Source: a virus
Length of the DNA stretch: 40,772 bases
Virus genome (UHGV): UHGV-0354473
Direction: 5' to 3' (one strand)
The position numbers were made by a program, and so were the translations under genes. A model generated the notes under the pieces. That model was not told the origin of the DNA, made no database searches, and saw only the letters and a list, made by a program, of their open reading frames with translations. Positions 32,139 through 40,772 of this stretch are shown piece after piece. How positions within the stretch are numbered: the stretch's first letter is position 1; each line of letters begins with the position of its first letter.

Positions 32139-34674
32139 CACAGCGTCACTAGTTGCAAGGGTGAAGACCGAAGGCGCTACTGCGGCGGCTAAAGACCTTG
32201 ACTCGTTCCAAGAATCGGCAACTGCAGCGGAACAGGCATCAGAAAAGCTTACTCCGGCAGTTGTCAAGGTTGACAAAGCCATAGTTAACGCAGGCAAGGG
32301 CGCTAAAGATTCCGCCGTTAAAATTGTTGAATTAGGTACTAGCCAGAAAGGAACCACAACAGCAACGGATAATCTAACGGTTGCTATTGATAAGACTACT
32401 AAAAAAACAGAAGATTTAGGGTCAAAGGCTAAAACAACTTCAACGGCGCTTGATGGCCTGGTTACTACCTCAGGGAAAGTGTCTAATGGGGTTTCCACTC
32501 TAACGGACACCACCCAAAAAGCCGCTAACGATGGCTTTGCCAAGTTCCGCAACGCCGCGGGTCAAGTCGGCTTCCAGGTCCAGGATATGGTCGTACAGCT
32601 GCAGAGCGGTACGTCGGCTTTCGTTGCCATCGGCCAGCAGGGTAGCCAGCTTGCCGGCGCGTTCGGCCCGGGTGGCGCGGTGCTGGGTGCCGTTATCGCA
32701 CTGGCCTCTGCCGTCGGCGGCGTATTGTACAAGGCTTTCACGGACACCGGCGCCAGCGCTAAAGACCTGGAGAAAGGCGCGAGCGAGCTTTCCAAGTCGT
32801 TCCAGACGGCCAAAGACGGCACGATCGAGTTTTCCGACGCGCTGGTGCAACTTAGCCAGAACGGAGACGCCGCATACGGCAGCATGGTTAAGCTGATCGG
32901 CCTGCAGGCGGCCCAGCAAATCGAGAACGTCACCACAGCGATCCGCGAACAGGGTAAAGAGTTGCTCGGTAACAGCGTATCCGCGCAGACCAACATCGCC
33001 ACCCTCGACGATATGATCGCCCGTAACATGGATGTTGGCGATACACTGTCCAATATCAACGTGCTCGCCGATGCGAACAGCGCGAAATATGGTAACCTCG
33101 CCGCGGCGGTGAATGAGCTGGCCGCGACTTATGGCGTAGGCACAAAAGAAATTTCCGACATGCTGGTGGCCCAGCGCCAGTTTAACGCCGAGCCGTCGGC
33201 CGAAAACGCGCAGAAGGTCGCCGATGCCACGGCAGCTGCAGCCGTAGCAGCCACGGAAAACAAGAAAGAACTGCTGGACCAGGCCACCGCCGCGCAGCAG
33301 AACGCGAACGCGCTGGCGACCGCGCAGAAACAGCAGGATCTGGTAACAGAATCACAGAATCGCATGGGTAAGGCGGTGAACTCCACCACCCAGCGGATCC
33401 GCGAGCAAAATGACGCCATTGTTAAAAATGCGCAGATCGCCACGTTAAGCGAGCGTGACCGCGTCAACGCTATGGCCGCTGCCGATAAAGAGGCTTTCGC
33501 GAAACGCGAAGGCGTCACGCAGGAACAGATCGCCGCCTACAACGCCGCCCGCGATAAGGAAGCACAGCAGGACATCGCGCGCATTGATAAAACAGAGAAA
33601 GAGAAAAACGACCGCATAAATAAAGCTGCTGCTAACCGCGCTGCAGCGGCCGCGAAGCGTGAAGCAAATGAGGCCGCGCGCCAGCAAAAGGCGGCGGATG
33701 ACTTTCTCGCGCAGGTAGACCGTACCTCCGGAGACGAGATCGCCCGCATCAACGCCACGGAACAGCAGAAGCTGGCAAAGCTTGACGAGTTCCAGAAGCA
33801 GGGAACAATCAGCGCGCAGGAATACGAGCAGGCGAAAACTGACATCCAGCTGGCCGCCGAGGACGCCCGCCAGAAAGAGCTGGACAAGCGGCAACAGGAA
33901 GCCGCCAGGAAACAGGGCCAGCACGACCAGTATATCGCCGATATCCAGGCCCTGAACGCGACAGAGCTGGAGCTTATCGACGTACAGCAGCAGGCAAAAG
34001 AGGATAAAGCCAAAGAGTTTTATGATCGAGGGATCATTAGTGAGCAGGAGTACCAAAACGCGCTAGCCGCTATAGCTGAACAAGCAGATAAAAAAAGATT
34101 AGAATCCTATTCTGCAACATTAAGTGATACAACCGCTGCACTTAAGTCATCCCTCGGCGAAGGCAATGCGTTATACAAAGCGGCGGCTATTACCGAAACC
34201 ATCATCAATACCTATAAATCGGCGACTGCTGCTTTCTCCGCGCTTGCGCCAATTCCTTTTGTAGGGCCGGTGTTAGGTGGTATTGCCGCAGCGGCTGCCG
34301 TCGCCGCAGGTATGGCTAACGTTTCCAAAATAAGATCAGCGCGCGAACAGGGTGGCGCACTGACAGCCGGGCAGGCGTCGACTATCGCCGAGCGCGGCAA
34401 GCCGGAAGTGATTATGCCGGCCTCGGCGTCTCGCGTGCGTACCGCGCAGCAGATGCGCCAGATTATGGGTGAGAACGGCAGCAAGCAGAACAGTAGCGAT
34501 AGTGTGGTGATCGTCAACCAGACTACCGGGCGTATTGACCAGGCCAGCACAGAACGCGATGATGAAGGGCGTTTGCGGGTGATAATCCGCGAAACGGTAT
34601 CCGGGGACCTGCAGGACAGCAACTCGCAGATCTCGCTATCCCGCCGTAACACGCGCAACCAGCCAGGATTCTAA
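32131..34674 (+). CDS. Tape measure protein
   Basis: About 850 aa, Ala/Gln/Lys-rich and helical, with central coiled-coil repeats and a C-terminal glycine-rich hydrophobic stretch. ATG at 32131 has a GAGGG SD; the track start at 32104 is TTG. Confidence 0.85.
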   Translation: MADTASLVARVKTEGATAAAKDLDSFQESATAAEQASEKLTPAVVKVDKAIVNAGKGAKDSAVKIVELGTSQKGTTTATDNLTVAIDKTTKKTEDLGSKAKTTSTALDGLVTTSGKVSNGVSTLTDTTQKAANDGFAKFRNAAGQVGFQVQDMVVQLQSGTSAFVAIGQQGSQLAGAFGPGGAVLGAVIALASAVGGVLYKAFTDTGASAKDLEKGASELSKSFQTAKDGTIEFSDALVQLSQNGDAAYGSMVKLIGLQAAQQIENVTTAIREQGKELLGNSVSAQTNIATLDDMIARNMDVGDTLSNINVLADANSAKYGNLAAAVNELAATYGVGTKEISDMLVAQRQFNAEPSAENAQKVADATAAAAVAATENKKELLDQATAAQQNANALATAQKQQDLVTESQNRMGKAVNSTTQRIREQNDAIVKNAQIATLSERDRVNAMAAADKEAFAKREGVTQEQIAAYNAARDKEAQQDIARIDKTEKEKNDRINKAAANRAAAAAKREANEAARQQKAADDFLAQVDRTSGDEIARINATEQQKLAKLDEFQKQGTISAQEYEQAKTDIQLAAEDARQKELDKRQQEAARKQGQHDQYIADIQALNATELELIDVQQQAKEDKAKEFYDRGIISEQEYQNALAAIAEQADKKRLESYSATLSDTTAALKSSLGEGNALYKAAAITETIINTYKSATAAFSALAPIPFVGPVLGGIAAAAAVAAGMANVSKIRSAREQGGALTAGQASTIAERGKPEVIMPASASRVRTAQQMRQIMGENGSKQNSSDSVVIVNQTTGRIDQASTERDDEGRLRVIIRETVSGDLQDSNSQISLSRRNTRNQPGF

Positions 34675-34676
34675 CG

Positions 34677-35171
34677 ATGAGTGATTTACGTTTTCCAGCC
34701 TCTCTGCGGCCGATAGTGAACCAGGGTTACTCGTTGACCCGCGGCAACAACATTTACCGTAACGATGTGCAAGGCGGCGCACCGCGCCAGGGACGTGACA
34801 CGTTTTACGATGCTGTGCCGTTTAGCGTCGTGCTGGTTGTTTCGTCCCTCGGGCGGCAGGCGTTCTACGCATTCCTTAACCAGATAGCCGGTGGCGCCAA
34901 TTCGTTCGTTATGACGCTGGACAGTGGCCTGGGTCTGCAGGATCACCAGGTCTGGATCACCAGCACAATCAGCGACACCACGCAGGACGGAAAGAATTGG
35001 GTGATCTCGTTCACGTTGACCGCCGAGCGCACGCCTAATCAGGATAGCGATTGTCTCACCGCCAATTTGCCGGACCTCTTCGGCTGCTATGGTGACAGCC
35101 TTAACCGCTTCCTGGCGCAGTACGCCTACGACCAGACCCACTTTCCGCGGATATGGGACCCGATGCAATGA
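34677..35171 (+). CDS. Distal/minor tail protein (lambda M-like position)
   Basis: First gene after the TMP. Confidence 0.5.
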   Translation: MSDLRFPASLRPIVNQGYSLTRGNNIYRNDVQGGAPRQGRDTFYDAVPFSVVLVVSSLGRQAFYAFLNQIAGGANSFVMTLDSGLGLQDHQVWITSTISDTTQDGKNWVISFTLTAERTPNQDSDCLTANLPDLFGCYGDSLNRFLAQYAYDQTHFPRIWDPMQ

Positions 35172-35683
35172 GCGAAGAATCAGTAATTGAAGCCTACAAG
35201 CGCAAGCTGGCGTCTAATCCGGAAGGCCAAATCGACTATGAAACGGTGGAGATAACGCACCCACTGCTTTCAAAGCGCTATCTGATCGTCAAAGGGACTT
35301 CACCATTAACGGCAACGCTGGAAACGGGCGAGACGGTGACGTTTGAGCCTTCGCCGATGAACGCCAGCAACGCGGCCAATAGCAACAACCTGGACCAGCA
35401 AGCGGGGTTTACGCTGCCGGATGTTGGCAATCAGCTGGACGATGAGATGCAGAATATTCCGCTGGACAATCAGGAATGGCCTGTTTTCACCTATCGCCGG
35501 TTTATAAGTACAGATTTATCCTATCCCTGCGACGGGCCAGTTACTTACGACTTGCAGTCGTTATCACAGGAGAAGGGTGTTTTTACCGCCGACGTCGGCG
35601 TGCCACGGCTTAATGAGCGCGGCACCGGGCTTTTAGCGACGCCGACAGAGATCCCATTATTACGCGGGGTACTCGCATCGTGA
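35153..35683 (+). CDS. Minor tail protein (lambda L-like position)
   Basis: Second gene after the TMP, overlapping its neighbours. Confidence 0.5.
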   Translation: MGPDAMSEESVIEAYKRKLASNPEGQIDYETVEITHPLLSKRYLIVKGTSPLTATLETGETVTFEPSPMNASNAANSNNLDQQAGFTLPDVGNQLDDEMQNIPLDNQEWPVFTYRRFISTDLSYPCDGPVTYDLQSLSQEKGVFTADVGVPRLNERGTGLLATPTEIPLLRGVLAS

Positions 35684-36045
35684 ACATAAACGACTACACC
35701 GGCACACCATACAATTTCAGGACGTATCATTGCTGGCATCACGTCCGCCGCGTGCGCGCGGCGGCAGGGCTCGATACGCCGGTTTTCGACGTGATTTCCC
35801 CGACAAAGATAGATGCGGCTTTTGACGCCGGCCACCATGATCCGTCCGGGCTTTCCCGGGTAGACGCCCCGCAGAACTTCGATGCGGTGTTAATGGGCTG
35901 CCGTGTGGGATCGCGCATTGTGTGGCACGCTGGGGTATACTTCGACGGTATGGTTAGCCATTGCGAACTTGCGGCCCGCCAGGTGCGTTTAGAAGCGCTG
36001 GCGGATATTAGGGACCGTTACCAGGAAATTGAGTTTTGGCGATGA
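35680..36045 (+). CDS. Tail tip assembly protein (lambda K-like, possible NlpC/P60-type Cys-His motif), GTG start
   Basis: GTGA overlap with the upstream gene. HCWHH and downstream His residues are present. Confidence 0.45.
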   Translation: MNINDYTGTPYNFRTYHCWHHVRRVRAAAGLDTPVFDVISPTKIDAAFDAGHHDPSGLSRVDAPQNFDAVLMGCRVGSRIVWHAGVYFDGMVSHCELAARQVRLEALADIRDRYQEIEFWR

Positions 36046-38627
36046 AAACACACTTAATCACGCGCGATGAAAACGGCGAATTTCAGACGAAAAGTTTTTG
36101 GGACTCGCCAATGCAGATCGTGCTACAGCATATCCCCGACGGCGTCCCGTTCCGGGTATACCTCGGCAGCATAGGCGAAGATAACGACGTCACCGAGGAT
36201 TTCGACCGCCTCGAACTTAATGCCGAGTATTATGTTATCGAATCGCCGGGTGGCGGTGCGGTGGGGGCAGTTTTCAGTTTCGTTGGGAAAATTCTTAACC
36301 CGATCCTAAAACTGTTAATGCCGTCACAAAAAACGTCGGTGTCGGCGGGACTGTCTAACCAGCAGGCGGAAAGCCCGAATAACAGCCTAACGGACCGCAC
36401 GAACAAGGCCCGCCCTTACGAGCGCACTTACGATATTTGCGGCACGGTGCAGAGCATTCCGGCGATCCTCATGACCAGCTACCAACTTTATAACAGCGCC
36501 GGCCAGGTTATAGAGTTCGGCTACTACGATGTCGGCCGCGGGCCAATGTCGACGCCGGCCAGCGGCATCACCGACGGCGACACACTGCTTTCAGAGATCA
36601 CCGGGTCATCAGCTGCCGTATACGCGCCATATACTTCACCAAACAGCGGAGACGCTCCACAAACGCTGGTAGGCGACCCTATTACTGAACCGCTGTTCAT
36701 CACCTACGCGTCGAATGAGATCGACGGACAGACACTAAGAGCGCCTAACGACCTTAACGCAAGCATTACCGGCGACGGCGGCACGATAGCGTCGCTTTCT
36801 GGCACCACGGGGACTATCACCGACGCTTCGGGTAACGCAGCCTTTAACGCGTATCTGGAGGCCGGAGACACGGCGAGACTGGCTAACGTCACGCTGAATG
36901 ACCCGGGCGGCCCGGATCCGTATCTGGACGGCTATTATCCGGTTATTTCGGTTAGCGAAGTCGACATCGTTCTGGACGTCTCCAGTAACCTGTCAGCCTG
37001 GCAGGTGATCAGCCCAACAGTTAATCAGGTGAATGCCGCGGACCCCGCCGGAAACGCCGCCGAGATCGGCCCTATAAACACCGTGGAGAAAAGTTTAACC
37101 GATTGGGTGTCTATCACCAGTCTGGAATGCGAACGCGTCCTGGTGAATATCAGCGCCGATAATGGCATGTATAAGGACAACGGCAGCAGTAGCAAAAAGC
37201 CCGTCAGCGTAACGGCCGAGGTACAGTATCAGCTGCTTGATCAAAACAACAACCCCTATGGCGATGTTTACGCGGTCCAGGGCACCGTGTCGGGCAGGTC
37301 TTCCAACTCGACCGGCGTTAGTATCATCGCGGACCTGCCGTTTGCTTCGCGCGTGCGCGTCCGGGCGCGCCGGGTGACGGATGTCGATTTCGATTTCGAG
37401 GGGCAGGTCGTCGATGAGATAAAATACGATGCGCTTTACGGCCAGGTGCAAGACCGATCGCATGATTACGGCAACCGTACAACCGTACACACCGCCCGCA
37501 AACAGACGCCGCGAGCCACCTCGGTAAAGTCCCCAAAACTGGCGCTCATCGTCACCGAGAAACTCTATAAATACCTGGGCGGTGGTGTGTTCGATACTGT
37601 GCTGACCGAAAATACACAGGCGGTGCAATCTCTGATCCGGTTGATGCGCGATCCGGTAGTGGGTAACCTGAATCTCACCGCGGCGAACATGGATAAGCTG
37701 ATCGCCACCCAGGCCGAGGTCGAGGCATATTTCGGTACGCCGCTTGCCGGGCAATTCTGCTACACGTTCGACTCCTACGAGACGACGGCGCAGGACATTA
37801 TCACGACGATAGCCGAGGCCATCTTTTGCTCGGCGTCGCGCCGGGGGCATAGCATTTATCTTGACCTGGAACGCCCTCGGGCCGGGCCGGAAATGGTATT
37901 CACACACCGCAGTAAAGCACCATCCGGGGAAAAATGGACGCGGCAGTTTAACGACCGCACGGCCTATGATTCGCTTAAATTCAGCTATATCGACCCGGAC
38001 ACCAACATCAAAGAGACCATCCAGATCCCGGAGACTGGCGGCGTTAAAACCGACACCTATGACTCGAAGGGCATCCGCAACTATCAGCAAGCCTACTGGC
38101 ACGCCTGGCGCCGATATCAGCGGAATAGCCTTAACCGTGTTGCCGTTGAGTTTACGGCGCTGGAGGAAGGCGCTCTCGCCATACCAGGGCGGCCGATCAG
38201 CGTGGTAAAAGGGTCGCGCGTCTCGCCTTTCGACGGGTATGTTATCGCGGTCAATGGGCTTACTCTCACGCTTTCGCAACCGGTGGAATTTACCCCGGGC
38301 GAGGACCATTCGATCATACTCAAAAAGCGCGACGGGTCGGTGCAGAGTGTTGGCGTTACGCCCGGTGCTAATGCACAGCAGGTGGTTATGCTTTCCGCGC
38401 CCACGGAATCCATTTATACTGGTAACGACGCATTAAAGACCGAGTTCTCCTTCGGCAGCGATGCGCGGCACTCCGCGCAAATGATGTTGGTTAGTACCGT
38501 GACGCCAGGTAATAATCGCACCGTGGTGATTACCGGATACAATTATTCCGACGGGTACTACGAAAAAGATGGCGTGTCGCCGTTCGGGCGGGCGTTTAGC
38601 ACCGGTTTTGATACTGGTTTTTCATAA
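36042..38627 (+). CDS. Central tail fiber / tail tip host-specificity protein (lambda J-like)
   Basis: 862-aa protein after the M/L/K-like genes. ATG at 36042. Confidence 0.7.
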   Translation: MKTHLITRDENGEFQTKSFWDSPMQIVLQHIPDGVPFRVYLGSIGEDNDVTEDFDRLELNAEYYVIESPGGGAVGAVFSFVGKILNPILKLLMPSQKTSVSAGLSNQQAESPNNSLTDRTNKARPYERTYDICGTVQSIPAILMTSYQLYNSAGQVIEFGYYDVGRGPMSTPASGITDGDTLLSEITGSSAAVYAPYTSPNSGDAPQTLVGDPITEPLFITYASNEIDGQTLRAPNDLNASITGDGGTIASLSGTTGTITDASGNAAFNAYLEAGDTARLANVTLNDPGGPDPYLDGYYPVISVSEVDIVLDVSSNLSAWQVISPTVNQVNAADPAGNAAEIGPINTVEKSLTDWVSITSLECERVLVNISADNGMYKDNGSSSKKPVSVTAEVQYQLLDQNNNPYGDVYAVQGTVSGRSSNSTGVSIIADLPFASRVRVRARRVTDVDFDFEGQVVDEIKYDALYGQVQDRSHDYGNRTTVHTARKQTPRATSVKSPKLALIVTEKLYKYLGGGVFDTVLTENTQAVQSLIRLMRDPVVGNLNLTAANMDKLIATQAEVEAYFGTPLAGQFCYTFDSYETTAQDIITTIAEAIFCSASRRGHSIYLDLERPRAGPEMVFTHRSKAPSGEKWTRQFNDRTAYDSLKFSYIDPDTNIKETIQIPETGGVKTDTYDSKGIRNYQQAYWHAWRRYQRNSLNRVAVEFTALEEGALAIPGRPISVVKGSRVSPFDGYVIAVNGLTLTLSQPVEFTPGEDHSIILKKRDGSVQSVGVTPGANAQQVVMLSAPTESIYTGNDALKTEFSFGSDARHSAQMMLVSTVTPGNNRTVVITGYNYSDGYYEKDGVSPFGRAFSTGFDTGFS

Positions 38628-38640
38628 GAGGATTCTGATA

Positions 38641-40772
38641 TGTCAAGCGGATGCGGCGACGTCTTATCGCTGGAAGATCTGAAAACAGCCAAGAAGCACC
38701 AGACCTTCGAGGCCGAAGTTATCACAGGTAAAGCTGGAGGCACGCCCTCCGGCAGTAGCATTGACAACGCAACCAATAGCGTTACAGGACAAGTACAAAA
38801 AACCATGCCGGCAATTATGCGGGATGCCGGTATAGCGTTTAATGACCAATTAAGCGACCAGGAAAGTAGATTTCAGCAATTTCTTTTGGATTCTGGTTAT
38901 CAGTTTTTAGGTGATTATGAAAACGGGCCTTACGCTATAACGGCTCGTAACCAGGTCATCAGGTATCAAAATGAACTATGGAGGCTAAATGCTGCAACAA
39001 ATCCAACATATGTAACAACGGGGACTAGCAGCACTTCATGGGCAGTAGATGTCACCCATTTGGTGAGTGTTGGTGATGGCGCATTGCGGCAAGAACTGGC
39101 AAGTAAATTAACGCCGGGCGCTAAAATGATTGCAACTGCTTTTGGCACTGTTAATGACGCAATAATTTCTGTTCCAATTGACGGTTTTGCGGGGGCGGAT
39201 CCTACTGGCGTATCAGATTCATCATCTGCATATGACCTGGCGGTAATGACCATCAATAACGTAACAGATAGTCGTATGGATGGGTCTATTAATACCCGTT
39301 ACGCTGCGATAAAATTTGGGCGTGGAAGATACATAATTGGCGACAAAGTAATAAAATCAGGATTTATTATTGAAGGTGATGGGGCATTTGTAACATGCAT
39401 TATGCCAAAAGCTGGGGCTGAATGGATTTTCAAATCAGAAGGAACCGAACCTTATGAAACACATGGGTCATCATATCGATTATTTAGACCAATAATAAGA
39501 AACTTACATATCGGTTGTGGTTTTCAAAACGTATTTACTGATTACCCTATCCCCTCTGGTGTAGGCGGGATATATATTGCTCATGCCTCATATATCACAA
39601 TGGAGAATGTCTACATGAGGCATCTACATGGTGCTGGTTTGAGATTAGAATCCGCATGGGATAGTGAATTCTATAATGTGAGAATGATGTATGTTGGTCT
39701 TGGTACCACTGCCGCTAACCCCAAATGGGCGCTGTATATCGGCCCTGGTAACGCGCCTACTGATGGATCAAATGCTAACCGCTTTTATGGTATTCATATC
39801 GAGGGATGTCCAGCACCTGTTTGTGTTGACTTACGTAGCCGTCATAATTTTTTCATGGGAGGAAAAATAGAAAACGTAAGATATAACGACCCCAATGCGT
39901 ATGTTTCCAGTCTTATCAGGGGTGTTGACGGACTAGTTTTCGCTAACATGGAGTTATCCCATAGTGGCATAAGTAAGTTTATGTTTGAGGGGGTAGGTAC
40001 AACAACAATTATTGACACAAGCGCAGATGATGTGTCAGACCCTAACTGTGATCATTCACGCGGGGTTGTTTTCCTTAACCCCAGCATTATTGATAGTAAC
40101 GCGCTGTCTGGTGACTATTTCAAATATAAGTCAGAACGTGGCGTTTTGCGCGTTGTAGGTGGGTACGCCAGACATTCACGCTACCTGTTTAGCGGTTCTG
40201 ACATACGCATATCTAATTTTCAAATGGTTCAGTGTGGTCCTACTTTGGGGCTACTACAAGGAAATGTTATTTTAGATGGTGTTGATGTTAGCAGAAGTAG
40301 AGTTTTAGCTAGTGGTTCTTTCTCTGCGTTCACCGCTACAGGTAATGATAATATCGTACGAAATAGTAATTTCAGCACACCGTATGGTAACATGGCGGAT
40401 GGTAACTCATGGTTCACCCAAAACTCGGCAACAGATATTTACTATAGCGATATTAAATTCGGCGGTTCTTTGCAAAACGGTATCAGTGGTTCCACCGCCG
40501 CGCAGCAAAGGAAAATGCGTAATATTAAATTTATGTCAGGGGCCTCGTATGGTGCTTTGATTAATGGTGGCTACGCTTTTGAGGGATTCCCCGCGCAGGT
40601 AAGGGCCAATACCGGTTACGCCATAACGACAATGATTACCATAGCTGCGGATGCCACAAGTGTTGTTTCTGATTTTGTGGGCGGCGGCTGCGATATTGAT
40701 GTTTCTGTAGAAACATCAGTTTCAGTATATGTTGCCGGTGGTAAACTGTTCGGTGATGCGAGGATATCTTTA
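38641..40772 (+). CDS. Tailspike protein, partial (710 aa, runs off the window): conserved N-terminal anchor domain plus low-GC right-handed beta-helix, probably a glycanase
   Basis: ATG at 38641 with AGAGGA SD. Frame 1 is open to the window end. Repetitive beta-helix-like motifs are present (NVRMMYVGLG..., IHIEGCPAPV..., FANMELSHSG...). GC drops from about 38850. Confidence 0.75.

Noticed and set aside
37095-38309. 404-aa ORF on the minus strand inside the J-like tail fiber gene
   Set aside because: It is antisense to a well-supported long coding gene in high-GC DNA. It has no RBS, and its composition is Arg/Gly/Pro-rich, as expected for reverse-frame artefacts.
1-40772. Prophage hallmarks (integrase, CI-type repressor, attachment sites, flanking host genes) and CRISPR arrays or tRNAs
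   Set aside because: None were seen. The only regulator is a Cro-like HTH in a divergent control region, and no short direct-repeat/spacer array exists. The window therefore reads as a virulent phage genome rather than an integrated element.

Overview
This 40.8-kb window reads as a near-complete genome of a virulent, siphovirus-type dsDNA phage of an enterobacterial host. It is gene-dense, shows no integrase or CI-type repressor, and looks about 55% GC by eye, with low-GC mosaic segments at both ends. Coordinates 1-12000 are a leftward (minus-strand) early and replication arm: a lysine-rich/acidic first gene, a DUF2800-type nuclease, a gp2.5-like SSB, a family-A DNA polymerase with 3'-5' exonuclease, an HNH endonuclease, a VRR-NUC nuclease, a SNF2 helicase, a Dam-family N6-adenine methyltransferase and a low-GC cassette of small genes including a lipoprotein. 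A divergent PL/PR-like control region at 11985-12110 is followed by a Cro-like HTH gene. Everything after it is rightward. A primase-polymerase/helicase fusion at 12451-14751 is followed by a 600-bp non-coding region that carries ACTCGCAA iterons and a structured module. That non-coding region is duplicated, at about 70% identity, at 24240-24530. Next come small early genes (DUF3310, AP2), two holin-like genes, an endolysin and a terminator-bounded four-gene cassette. The late region encodes TerS/TerL, portal, a Mu-F-like head protein, an overlapped Rz/Rz1 spanin pair displaced into the head module, scaffold, major capsid, connector and tail genes, a G/T-like chaperone pair, tape measure, a lambda-like M/L/K/J tail tip, and a partial tailspike with a right-handed beta-helix whose distal part is low-GC. 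A 12-bp element, TTGCAACCAACA, whose first six bases form a palindromic -35-like hexamer, marks essentially every operon boundary. Two small two-gene cassettes, each pairing a membrane peptide with a basic or small protein, sit antisense inside the late operon. Each has its own promoter of this type and a bidirectional terminator.
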